Assembly: GCA_963512955.1 (NCBI GenBank)
Contig: CAUPOP010000010.1
Coordinates: 14,157 to 78,156, forward strand
Length of the DNA stretch: 64,000 bases
Direction of reading: 5' to 3'
DNA from: an uncultured Flavobacterium sp.
GTDB taxonomy: Bacteria; Bacteroidota; Bacteroidia; Flavobacteriales; Flavobacteriaceae
Shown: positions 1-8,341 of the stretch, piece after piece
Layout: each line of letters opens with the position of its first letter
Numbering within the stretch: the first letter of the stretch is position 1
Program-made: the position numbers and the translations under genes
Notes under the pieces: generated by a model
The model's database searches: none
What the model was told of the DNA's origin: nothing
What the model saw: the letters and a program-made list of their open reading frames with translations, nothing else

Positions 1-194
1 TCAAAATTGCTCAATTCCGTTACCTCATAAATTTCTTGTAAATATGGCGTCACATCAATATAACTGGTTTGAGGTAAATCATAAACATGCAAAGTGATAA
101 TTTCAGCATGGATACTTTCGGCCAATTTTAAGGCATAAATAAAGGCGTTTTTAGAAACATCTGAAAAATCTGTGGGAAATAAAATTTTTTTCAT
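1..194 (-). CDS. universal stress protein (UspA family), N-terminal part; gene runs off the window start
   Basis: Reverse-strand ATG at 192-194. Hand translation MKKILFPTDFSDVSKNAFIYALKLAESIHAEIITLHVYDLPQ... is a canonical Usp N-terminus. Absent from the ORF track because it is truncated by the window edge. Confidence 0.7.
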   Translation of the reverse strand, partial: MKKILFPTDFSDVSKNAFIYALKLAESIHAEIITLHVYDLPQTSYIDVTPYLQEIYEVTELSNF

Positions 195-260
195 AACACA
201 AGTTAATTTATTACCAATCAGTTATTTACATAAAATTACAAAACATATATGAATATAGCA

Positions 261-283
261 TGATAATTATCAGTTTGGCAAAT
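261..283. promoter_or_regulatory. candidate operator: perfect 12-bp palindrome TGATAATTATCA followed by TTTGGCAAA
   Basis: Palindrome read directly at 261-272, about 70 nt upstream of the minus-strand usp start. The same composite recurs at 60969-60993 upstream of a cytochrome c gene. Confidence 0.35.
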
Positions 284-323
284 TTTTAACTAAAAATAAA
301 GTTAAAGCATTTAAACCATGAAC

Positions 324-353
324 TTGTTGACTGCCTATTTTTACTTACTTTTG
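324..353 (+). promoter_or_regulatory. Bacteroidota-type promoter for mnmE
   Basis: TTG at 324-329 and TACTTTTG (TAnnTTTG -7 consensus) at 346-353, 20 nt before the ATG at 374. Confidence 0.45.
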
Positions 354-373
354 CATAAAATTGATTTAAAAAT

Positions 374-1774
374 ATGATTTCAAATGATTCTATAGTTGCT
401 TTAGCCACTCCTTCAGGAGCTGGAGCAATAGCCATAATCCGAATTTCGGGCGAAAATGCCATTGCTATTGGTCATTCTGTTTTTAAATCTATCAAAAATA
501 AAGATTTAAGAAATCAAAAAACTCATACGTTACATCTGGGTCATATTATGGATGAAACCAAAGCTTTAGACGAAGTTTTAGTTTCTATTTTTAAAGGACC
601 TAACTCCTACACTGGTGAAAATACAATAGAAATTTCTTGCCATGGTTCAACTTATATTCAACAGCAAATTATTCAATTGTTGCTTCGAAAAGGCTGTCGA
701 ATGGCTGATCCTGGTGAATTTACACTTCGTGCTTTCTTGAACGGAAAACTCGATTTATCACAAGCCGAAGCGGTAGCCGATTTGATTTCGTCTGATAATG
801 AAGCGTCTCATCAAATAGCGATGCAACAAATGCGTGGTGGCTTCTCAAATGAAATCGCTAAACTCCGTGAAGAACTTTTGAATTTTGCTTCGCTGATTGA
901 ACTCGAATTGGATTTTGCCGAAGAAGACGTAGAATTTGCAGACAGAACTCAATTTCATGAATTAGTTAACCGAATTGAGTTTGTATTGAAACGTTTAATC
1001 GATTCTTTTGCTGTGGGGAATGTCATCAAAAATGGAATTCCTGTGGCGATAGTTGGTGAACCAAATGTGGGAAAATCAACTTTATTGAATGCTTTATTGA
1101 ATGAAGAACGTGCTATTGTTTCTGAAATTGCAGGAACTACACGTGATACCATTGAGGACGAATTAGTCATTGGTGGCATCGGTTTTAGATTTATTGATAC
1201 TGCTGGAATCCGTGATACTACTGATGTGGTGGAAAGCATTGGAATTCGCAAAACATTTGAAAAAATTGAGCAGGCACAAGTCGTTTTATATTTATTTGAA
1301 AGCTTAAAGTTTAAAGTACAAAGTTCAGAATACATAGTAGAAATTGAGAAAATCAAGAATCAATTTCCTCTAAAACCTTTAGTAGTTGTTATCAATAAAA
1401 TTGATTTGCTTTCGGAAAATGAAGTTCTAAGTATTCGTAAACAACTGGAACCATTAGATGTTAAACTTGAAACTATTTCTGCAAAAGAAAAAATTGGCGT
1501 AAATGAACTTAAAAATCAATTACTTTCTTTTGTAAACACTGGTGCGCTGCGAAACAACGAAACAATTGTGACCAATACGCGTCATTATGATTCCTTATTG
1601 AAAGCTTTGGAAGAAATCCAAAAAGTAAAATACGCATTAGAAACCAATTTATCCAGTGACTTAATGGCTTTGGATATCAAAGAAGCCTTGTATCATTTTG
1701 GGATGATAACTGGACAAGTTACCAATGATGAATTGTTAGGAAATATTTTTGCAAATTTCTGCATCGGGAAGTAA
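374..1774 (+). CDS. mnmE: tRNA uridine-5-carboxymethylaminomethyl modification GTPase MnmE
   Basis: 466 aa; G1 motif GEPNVGKST, DTAGIR, NKIDL, and the family-typical C-terminal FCIGK. Confidence 0.95.
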   Translation: MISNDSIVALATPSGAGAIAIIRISGENAIAIGHSVFKSIKNKDLRNQKTHTLHLGHIMDETKALDEVLVSIFKGPNSYTGENTIEISCHGSTYIQQQIIQLLLRKGCRMADPGEFTLRAFLNGKLDLSQAEAVADLISSDNEASHQIAMQQMRGGFSNEIAKLREELLNFASLIELELDFAEEDVEFADRTQFHELVNRIEFVLKRLIDSFAVGNVIKNGIPVAIVGEPNVGKSTLLNALLNEERAIVSEIAGTTRDTIEDELVIGGIGFRFIDTAGIRDTTDVVESIGIRKTFEKIEQAQVVLYLFESLKFKVQSSEYIVEIEKIKNQFPLKPLVVVINKIDLLSENEVLSIRKQLEPLDVKLETISAKEKIGVNELKNQLLSFVNTGALRNNETIVTNTRHYDSLLKALEEIQKVKYALETNLSSDLMALDIKEALYHFGMITGQVTNDELLGNIFANFCIGK

Positions 1775-1846
1775 CTATACTTCTCTTTCTTGTTAAGCAT
1801 CTGTTTTTGTTGGGTTTACGGATTTTTTTCTTCCTTTATTTGTTGC

Positions 1847-1913
1847 CAAATTGCCTTTTTTTAAATATATTTGTTGTTCAATTGTTGCCATAATATCATT
1901 TTTGTTGCCCAAA
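1847..1913. repeat. array of four TTGTTG(C/T)C motifs including the left att candidates
   Basis: TATTTGTTGCCAAA at 1847-1860, TTGTTGTTC at 1871-1879, TTGTTGCCA at 1882-1890, TTTGTTGCCCAAA at 1901-1913. The last is identical to 22156-22168. Confidence 0.6.
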
Positions 1914-1940
1914 TAACCAAATGATATAAAGTAGAGAAAT

Positions 1941-1990
1941 AGTGCTACATATTGCTACACTTCGCTACCTATTGCAACATAAAGCAACAT
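1941..1990 (+). repeat. five tandem 10-bp phased repeats, consensus atTGC(T/A)ACAt
   Basis: agtGCTACAt / attGCTACAc / ttcGCTACCt / attGCAACAt / aaaGCAACAt, exactly 10 bp apart, ending 3 nt before the ATG at 1994. GCAACA is the reverse complement of the TGTTGC motif at 1851-1910. Confidence 0.7.
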
Positions 1991-1993
1991 TTT

Positions 1994-2368
1994 ATGAGCA
2001 GTAATATTTCTATTCCAAAAGTATGTAATCATTGTGGCAAAACTTATATTGCCCACAAAACCACTACAAGGTATTGCAGTCACAAATGCAATTCCAGAGA
2101 TTACAAATTAAAAGCCAAACAGGATAAGATTGAAAAAACATTACTGGAACAACAAAACATAGTTGTTTCAAAAAATGATACTCAAATCTTAAATCCAAAT
2201 TCTTTACTAACTAAAAGCTATTTATCAATCCAAGATACTGCCGACCTCATCGGTGTAAGTCGTTGGACTATTAATAGGATGGTAAAACGTGGCGATTTGC
2301 AAATTCACAAATTTGGAAGAAAGAAAATTATTCAGAAAGAACAAATAGAAAACCTTTTTAAATCTTAA
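1994..2368 (+). CDS. excisionase-like HTH DNA-binding protein with N-terminal zinc-ribbon
   Basis: CNHCGK...CSHKC cysteine pairs, then LSIQDTADLIGVSRWTINRMVKRGDL (HTH_17/MerR-like). ATG at 1994 preferred over the track's TTG at 1952, which lies inside the 10-bp repeat array. Confidence 0.6.
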   Translation: MSSNISIPKVCNHCGKTYIAHKTTTRYCSHKCNSRDYKLKAKQDKIEKTLLEQQNIVVSKNDTQILNPNSLLTKSYLSIQDTADLIGVSRWTINRMVKRGDLQIHKFGRKKIIQKEQIENLFKS

Positions 2369-2372
2369 TACT

Positions 2373-3467
2373 ATGAAAGTCACACTAAGAGAAAGATTAA
2401 AAGGTAATAGCATCAGTTTATATCTTGACTATTATCACAAAGGAAAAAGAAAAAACGAGTTTTTAAGACTATACCTCAACCCAGAACCTAAAACAAAGGC
2501 TGAAAAAGATGTAAACAAAAAAACACGTGAACTTGCTGAAACTATTCGAGCACAAAGACAAATAGAAATGCAAAACGGAACTTTTGGCTTTCATGATATT
2601 GAAAAGCTAAAAGGAAGTTTTACAACCTATTTATTAAAGCTTTCTGAAGACCGAAATACCAGTGATGGTAATTATGGTAATTGGGATAGTATGATAAAAC
2701 ACTTTAAAACCTTTGCTCCTTACGATGTAAGCTTTCAAGATTTAGATAGAAAGTTAGTAGAGAATTTCAGAACCTATTTAGATTCTAAAGCAGAATCCAA
2801 AAGCAAAAAGAAACTTTCTCAAAATTCTAAATATTCTTATTTCAATAAATTTAAAGCTGCACTTAAACAAGCTGTCAAAGATGGTATTATAAAAACCAAT
2901 CCAGGTGAAGGTGTTGATACCTTTAAGCAAGGAGAACCGCAAAGAGAATTTCTAACTTTAGAAGAATTACAAAAATTGGTTCCAGTAGAATGTGAACTGC
3001 CAGAACTAAAAAAAGCATTTTTATTTTCAGCACTTACTGGTTTACGTTGGTCAGATATTGAAAAACTAAAATGGTCTGAAATCCAACACTCCAATGATTA
3101 TGGATATTACATAAGATTCAGACAAAAGAAAACCAAAGGAGCAGAAACACAACCAATCTCAGAGCAAGCAGTAAGCTTATTAGGAGAACGCAAAGAACCT
3201 GATGATAAAATCTTTGATGCCTTAAATTATAGTGCATGGTCAAACTTAAAATTACAGCAATGGATTTACAGAGCAGGTATCCATAAAGATATTACTTTCC
3301 ATTGTGCAAGGCATACTTATGCAACATTGCAATTAACATTGGGAACTGATATTTATACGGTATCAAAAATGTTGGGTCACAAAGAATTGAGAACCACTCA
3401 AATTTATGCTAAAATCATTGACGAGAAAAAACACGAAGCAGCCAACAAAATTAAATTAGATTTCTAG
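2373..3467 (+). CDS. site-specific tyrosine recombinase / integrase
   Basis: 364 aa. Catalytic signature LTGLRWSDI (Arg), HCARHTYAT (H-x-x-R-H), LGHKELRTTQIYAKI (Tyr nucleophile). Confidence 0.9.
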   Translation: MKVTLRERLKGNSISLYLDYYHKGKRKNEFLRLYLNPEPKTKAEKDVNKKTRELAETIRAQRQIEMQNGTFGFHDIEKLKGSFTTYLLKLSEDRNTSDGNYGNWDSMIKHFKTFAPYDVSFQDLDRKLVENFRTYLDSKAESKSKKKLSQNSKYSYFNKFKAALKQAVKDGIIKTNPGEGVDTFKQGEPQREFLTLEELQKLVPVECELPELKKAFLFSALTGLRWSDIEKLKWSEIQHSNDYGYYIRFRQKKTKGAETQPISEQAVSLLGERKEPDDKIFDALNYSAWSNLKLQQWIYRAGIHKDITFHCARHTYATLQLTLGTDIYTVSKMLGHKELRTTQIYAKIIDEKKHEAANKIKLDF

Positions 3468-3469
3468 TT

Positions 3470-4465
3470 ATGAGTAAAGATATTATTAATGATCTAATCT
3501 ATATAAATCCTGTATCAAAAGACAACAGAACAGATACAAAGATTAATGAAGAACTAAAAAGTTTAGTAAAAGAATATCCTATTGCAACACCTCTTTATGA
3601 GATTGAGTTTAAAAAGGCTATTACTCCTATTCGAAAATATTACACGGAACTTATAAAAAACTTCATTACAAGTAAACTAAACGCAATAATTTCAAACAGC
3701 AAAACTGATAAACTAGAGGAAGAATATCAATATTTATATGTGGTTGCCGAAAGCGGGATAAAACAATATTTTAGCTTTATTAGAGAGCATATTGAAAATA
3801 ATAATCTTACGGAAGATTTATATAAAAGTCCTTCCAAAGACAAAAAAAGCGATGAAGCTTATGTAATTCATTTTATGAAATACAATTGCATAATGCTATT
3901 TATGGAACTTCAAGAGCGTTTCAATGGTAAAGCCGAGTTTGAAATAATGGAATTGGAAGAAATACAAGAAACGTATTTATATGAAGAAGCTTCAAAAGAT
4001 TTAGTAATCAAACCATACGAAGGCAGTCCAATTCATTACACCGAGAAAATCAAGGAAGACGCAAAAGCTTTCAGACCTATTAAAGGAGATTTAGAAGACA
4101 GGCGAGAAAATAATAAAATAATCAAATTTGAAGATTTAATTGCTAAACCTGACCAATTTGTAATTCATGAAAAAACATTGAATGAATATGGTATTATTGA
4201 CAACAAATACGAGTTTATTTTCAAAAAAGGGCATAAACAGCTTTTGGCTGCATTTATATTACAACTAAAAAACAAAGGCTACTTCAATGAGTTTACTTTC
4301 CCAGGTAGAAAACCAATTAGAGATTCTAAAATTTATCACTTTTTTGAACACCGCTATGGTAACAATAGCAATATAAATAAAGAGTTCAGAAACTTTAGAG
4401 GTAAAGATGAATTGAAATTTAAACAATTAGTAGATAAAACCTATTGGTTAGACAAAATATCCTAA
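3470..4465 (+). CDS. hypothetical protein (island orphan)
   Basis: 331-aa ORF starting 2 nt after the integrase stop; no motif recognised. Confidence 0.5.
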   Translation: MSKDIINDLIYINPVSKDNRTDTKINEELKSLVKEYPIATPLYEIEFKKAITPIRKYYTELIKNFITSKLNAIISNSKTDKLEEEYQYLYVVAESGIKQYFSFIREHIENNNLTEDLYKSPSKDKKSDEAYVIHFMKYNCIMLFMELQERFNGKAEFEIMELEEIQETYLYEEASKDLVIKPYEGSPIHYTEKIKEDAKAFRPIKGDLEDRRENNKIIKFEDLIAKPDQFVIHEKTLNEYGIIDNKYEFIFKKGHKQLLAAFILQLKNKGYFNEFTFPGRKPIRDSKIYHFFEHRYGNNSNINKEFRNFRGKDELKFKQLVDKTYWLDKIS

Positions 4466-4475
4466 AATCAAAAAG

Positions 4476-4512
4476 TGGTATTATCAATTCATAATACCAA
4501 ACCATAATACCA
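4476..4512. repeat. TGGTATTAT-N6-ATAATACCA-N4-ATAATACCA inverted plus direct repeat
   Basis: Read directly: 9-bp stem with 6-nt loop just after the stop at 4465, then a third copy at 4504-4512. Could be a terminator and/or protein-binding sites. Confidence 0.5.
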
Positions 4513-4668
4513 AAAAATATTTTAACCTCTTTATTTACAGCAGGTTACTAATACCATTTTTTCCTTTTTCTTCCTTACCAAAGTGCCTACCCTATCTTCG
4601 CTAAGTAATTGATAACCAATTATGACATTAGCGCTGATGTCCATTTTTAATTAAATCTTTTAACGAAG

Positions 4669-4971
4669 ATGGACACTAATATTTTAGAAAAATTAGAACG
4701 CATTGAAAAATTGCTAGAAACACAGCAAGCAATGCAAAAGCAAGTACTAAATTTTAACGATGCTTGCATTTATTTAGAACTTTCCCAGTCACACTTGTAT
4801 AAACTTACGAGTACTGGAAGCATTCCTCATTACAAACCTAATGGGAAGAAACTGTATTTCAATCGCCAAGAACTTGACAATTGGCTTTTGAGAAACAGAA
4901 GCAATTCTATTGACGAAATCGAACAAGAAGCAGCTAACTACTTAATCAAGAAAGGAAGGGTGCAATTATGA
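4669..4971 (+). CDS. helix-turn-helix (excisionase/HTH_17 family) DNA-binding protein
   Basis: LNFNDACIYLELSQSHLYKLTSTGSIPHYKPNGKKLYFNRQELDNWL is a typical Bacteroidota mobile-element HTH. Confidence 0.7.
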   Translation: MDTNILEKLERIEKLLETQQAMQKQVLNFNDACIYLELSQSHLYKLTSTGSIPHYKPNGKKLYFNRQELDNWLLRNRSNSIDEIEQEAANYLIKKGRVQL

Positions 4972-5252
4972 TAGAGTTAATGGACTTAGCAATGGAAATG
5001 TCAAAAGACATTCAATATTTGAAAGCTTATATAGAAGCCTTAAAAAATCAAAAAAGTGGTAAGTTAAGCGATGAGTGGCTAGACAATCAAGAAGTACTAC
5101 AAACACTTCATATAAGCCCACGAACACTACAAACCTATCGTGACAATGGTACACTTCCATTCAGTAAAATTGAAGGTAAATTCTATTACAAATCAAGTGA
5201 TATAGAAAACCTTTTACAGAGTAATTATACTAACAAATCAAAAGACAAGTAG
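4968..5252 (+). CDS. helix-turn-helix (excisionase/HTH_17 family) DNA-binding protein
   Basis: LDNQEVLQTLHISPRTLQTYRDNGTLPFSKIEGKFYYKSSDIENLL; 4-nt ATGA overlap with the preceding gene. Confidence 0.7.
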   Translation: MIELMDLAMEMSKDIQYLKAYIEALKNQKSGKLSDEWLDNQEVLQTLHISPRTLQTYRDNGTLPFSKIEGKFYYKSSDIENLLQSNYTNKSKDK

Positions 5253-5253
5253 T

Positions 5254-6159
5254 ATGATTACAAAGGAAAAAATACTGAACAAAACGCACTACGGTTTAAA
5301 TATCTATGCGTTTATTTTGAGACAGTTTTATCCTAACGCTACCGTTCTCTCTCTTCATGGGAGAGAATGTAGTGTTACTTGTAACCCTTACAATCAGGAT
5401 AAAGAAACTTTATTGGTAAGTATCGTAAATAATTGTGCAACACATAAAGATGTCGAAATTTTGGATTTTCATGGAGATGTCTTCGACTTTGCTCAATTGT
5501 ATTTTCAATGTAACAATCAAACGGAATTACTTCAAAAAATCAATAAAGTAATGCATTTGAGAATTGATACAAAAGAAACAAAAGAGTACGATTACATTGA
5601 ACAAGAAGACACAACTTGGTATGTAAAATGCAGTTTTTACAAAGCTCCTGTAATGAATGTATTCCCATTGAAAGAATTAAAATTAAGCGAGATATACGAT
5701 TTAATTACAAGCAATACCTATGAAAGCGTTACAAACCATTTAAGAACGATTACAGACCTTAAAGAGAAAAAAAAGTACAAAGCCAACAAATTTGATTATG
5801 TAACCTTCTCAGGAACTTTTACAAAGCGAAACGATGATGATTTAATCAAACATTCACTATTAATGACAATTGATTTAGATCATTTGGAAAACCTAAACCA
5901 AACTAGAGAAATGTTATTGAAAGATGAATATTTTGAAACCGAATTACTTTTCAAATCTCCTTCAGGTGATGGTTTAAAATGGATTATAAAAATTGATTTA
6001 GAACAAGCCACGCATCAAGAATATTATACCGCCGTATCTAATTATTTAGAGCAGCAATACAGTATCAAAGTTGATGCATCAGGTAAAGACATTTCCCGAG
6101 CTTGTTTTTTATGTTATGATTCCGAAGCTTACATTAACCCTAGACACACAACAAAATGA
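5254..6159 (+). CDS. BT4734/VirE-N-like protein, probable archaeo-eukaryotic-type primase-polymerase
   Basis: MTIDLDHL (DxD) and SPSGDGLKWII (sGxG-h) motifs in the order expected of AEP PrimPol domains. Confidence 0.55.
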   Translation: MITKEKILNKTHYGLNIYAFILRQFYPNATVLSLHGRECSVTCNPYNQDKETLLVSIVNNCATHKDVEILDFHGDVFDFAQLYFQCNNQTELLQKINKVMHLRIDTKETKEYDYIEQEDTTWYVKCSFYKAPVMNVFPLKELKLSEIYDLITSNTYESVTNHLRTITDLKEKKKYKANKFDYVTFSGTFTKRNDDDLIKHSLLMTIDLDHLENLNQTREMLLKDEYFETELLFKSPSGDGLKWIIKIDLEQATHQEYYTAVSNYLEQQYSIKVDASGKDISRACFLCYDSEAYINPRHTTK

Positions 6160-7910
6160 ATAAGAAAATATTTAATCCAAAAGAATGGTTAGAAGCTCCT
6201 GCAAAGCAAGAACCTCAACCAAAACAAATGCCTACTCCTATTGTTTCCGACAATCAGTTTGAAAACTATTTACAACAAATCGAAAATACAGGAACAGACA
6301 TAACACAGGGCTACGACAACTGGAGAAACATAGGCTTTGCACTAGCTGACGAATTTGGCGAAATGGGTAGAGACTATTTCCACAGAATAAGTAAATTCAA
6401 TAGTGCTTATGATTACAAAGAATGTGATGTACAATACAACAATTGCTTAAAAGCTAAAGGAACAGGCGTTACAATGGCTACAATCTATTATTTAGCACAA
6501 CAGAACAACATTAAAATACATAATGAAAAACCAATAGTAAATAATGAAGTAACGGAAGTAAAAATAGAGAAAACACCAGTATTTCCAAGTCATATTTACG
6601 AAACCTTACCACTATTCCTAAAAGATTGCGTTAAACCTGCAACCACAAACGAGGAAAGAGATATTTTGTTATTGGGTACACTCACAACATTAAGTGCTTG
6701 CTTACCTTCTATTTATGGTATTTACGATGGTAAAAAAGTAATGGCAAACTTGTATTTATTTGTAACAGCTCCAGCATCAGCAGGTAAAGGAAGATTAACC
6801 CAATGCAAACAATTGGTGCAGCCTATTCACAGATTAAAGCGAGAACAAGCTACTTTAATAAAAAAGGAATACGAAGCTAACCTTGCAATGTACAACCAAG
6901 AAAAAGGTAAAAATCCAAATGCCGAAAAACCTGCAAAACCACCCGAAAGAATGTTGTTCATTCCTGCCAATAATAGTACAACAGGAGTATTTCAATTATT
7001 GTTTGATAATAACGGAGAAGGATTAATTTTTGAAACTGAAGGCGATACATTAGCACAAGCATTTAAAAGCGATTATGGCAATTATTCTGATGGTTTTCGT
7101 AAAGCATATCATCACGAAACAATAAGCTATTACCGTAGAACAGACCGTGAATATGTAGATATTGAAAACCCATGTTTATCAACGGTATTATCTGGAACAC
7201 CAAAGCAAGTTTCAGCCTTAATACCAAATGCAGAAAATGGTTTATTCAGTAGGTTTATGTTCTATTACATGAACATCACTCCTATTTGGAAAAACGTATT
7301 TGAAATTCAAACTACAAATGGATTAGACGATTATTACAACGAACTAGGCGGACAATTTTTGGAGTTCTACAAAGCGTTAAACAACAACCCCAGTATTCAA
7401 ATTAAATTGAGCCAAGGCCAACAATTACAATTCAATAAGTATTTTTCAAAAGTGCAAACCAAATATTTGAATATTCAAACCGATGATTACATTGCCACAA
7501 TCAGAAGAATGGGACTAAATGCCTTTCGTTTAATGATGGTAATCACAACTTTACGAATCATGGAAGACGGCGATTGTTCCACTACTAGAGAATGTGAAGA
7601 CATCGATTTTCAAAATGTACTCGATGTAGTAACGGTTTTGACACAGCATAGTAGCAAAGTGTTTAACGATTTACCTGTTGAAACTCCAGTTACCACAAGA
7701 ACAAACCGTAAAGAAAAGTTCTTAGAAATGCTTCCCGAAGCTTTCACAACAGCCGACTATTTAGCTATTTCAGAGAAATTAACTATTCCTCATAAAACTG
7801 CCGAAGGCTACATAACTGCATTTGCAAAAGCAGGTTTAATACATAGAGAAATGAATGGAAAATACCGCAACACAAGCAAACAAGGGAATAAGGATTTTAA
7901 GGGGAACTAA
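6156..7910 (+). CDS. PriCT-2 / DUF3987-type P-loop protein (VirE-like putative replicative helicase)
   Basis: N-terminal GYDNWRNIGFALADEFGEMGRDYFHRIS (primase C-terminal-2 like), then Walker A TAPASAGKGRL. ATGA overlap with the upstream gene. Confidence 0.6.
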   Translation: MNKKIFNPKEWLEAPAKQEPQPKQMPTPIVSDNQFENYLQQIENTGTDITQGYDNWRNIGFALADEFGEMGRDYFHRISKFNSAYDYKECDVQYNNCLKAKGTGVTMATIYYLAQQNNIKIHNEKPIVNNEVTEVKIEKTPVFPSHIYETLPLFLKDCVKPATTNEERDILLLGTLTTLSACLPSIYGIYDGKKVMANLYLFVTAPASAGKGRLTQCKQLVQPIHRLKREQATLIKKEYEANLAMYNQEKGKNPNAEKPAKPPERMLFIPANNSTTGVFQLLFDNNGEGLIFETEGDTLAQAFKSDYGNYSDGFRKAYHHETISYYRRTDREYVDIENPCLSTVLSGTPKQVSALIPNAENGLFSRFMFYYMNITPIWKNVFEIQTTNGLDDYYNELGGQFLEFYKALNNNPSIQIKLSQGQQLQFNKYFSKVQTKYLNIQTDDYIATIRRMGLNAFRLMMVITTLRIMEDGDCSTTRECEDIDFQNVLDVVTVLTQHSSKVFNDLPVETPVTTRTNRKEKFLEMLPEAFTTADYLAISEKLTIPHKTAEGYITAFAKAGLIHREMNGKYRNTSKQGNKDFKGN

Positions 7911-8041
7911 TTCAAGTTTCCCTTATTTCCTCAAACCCCTTAACTACCTTAATTAATGTGAATAACTTTTCTTTTCTCTTTTTTGGTTATTAATTACTTT
8001 TTCTTACATTAGACAAAATTTGACAAGTCAATAATAGTATT

Positions 8042-8341
8042 ATGAACTTTGGAGAACACATAAAACAATTACGGGAACAAAACCAACTACTGCAAAGGCA
8101 ATTAGCCAATGCGTTAGATATGGACACCGCTATGCTAAGTAAGATTGAAAGAGGAGAACGGAGAGCCAAAAGGGAACACATACCTATTCTTGCTTCACTT
8201 TTAAAAACTAATGAAAAAGAATTATTCACATTATGGTTTGCCGACCAAGTCTATAATTTAATCAAAGAAGAGAATAATGCTTCTGAAATATTACAAGCAG
8301 CAGAAAAAGAAATAATATCAAAATTGAAACACTATGAGTGA
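8042..8341 (+). CDS. XRE-family HTH transcriptional regulator
   Basis: FGEHIKQLREQNQLLQRQLANALDMDTAMLSKIERGERR is a classic Xre/Cro HTH. Confidence 0.8.
   Translation: MNFGEHIKQLREQNQLLQRQLANALDMDTAMLSKIERGERRAKREHIPILASLLKTNEKELFTLWFADQVYNLIKEENNASEILQAAEKEIISKLKHYE

Noticed and set aside
955-1356. 133-aa minus-strand ORF inside mnmE. Similar antisense or alternate-frame ORFs occur at 2225-2413, 2837-3094, 7990-8229, 10039-10449, 10293-10502, 11388-11678, 12246-12461, 12769-13041, 15398-15595, 17295-17600, 22351-22881, 23410-23613, 30337-31041, 33620-34630, 42356-42592, 43161-43867, 50116-51285, 56958-57905 and 62196-62676.
   Set aside because: Each lies entirely within a longer ORF that has strong family motifs. 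Their translations are low-complexity, which is typical of shadow frames in AT-rich DNA.
7884-7943. Interleaved complementary segments at the end of the 6156 gene that could draw an H-type pseudoknot: GGGAATAAGG and TTAAGGGG, then CCCTTATTTCC and CCCCTTAA.
   Set aside because: The stems are short and imperfect, and one arm is coding sequence. There is no functional context such as a frameshift site or a downstream overlapping ORF, so this is probably coincidental or a weak terminator.
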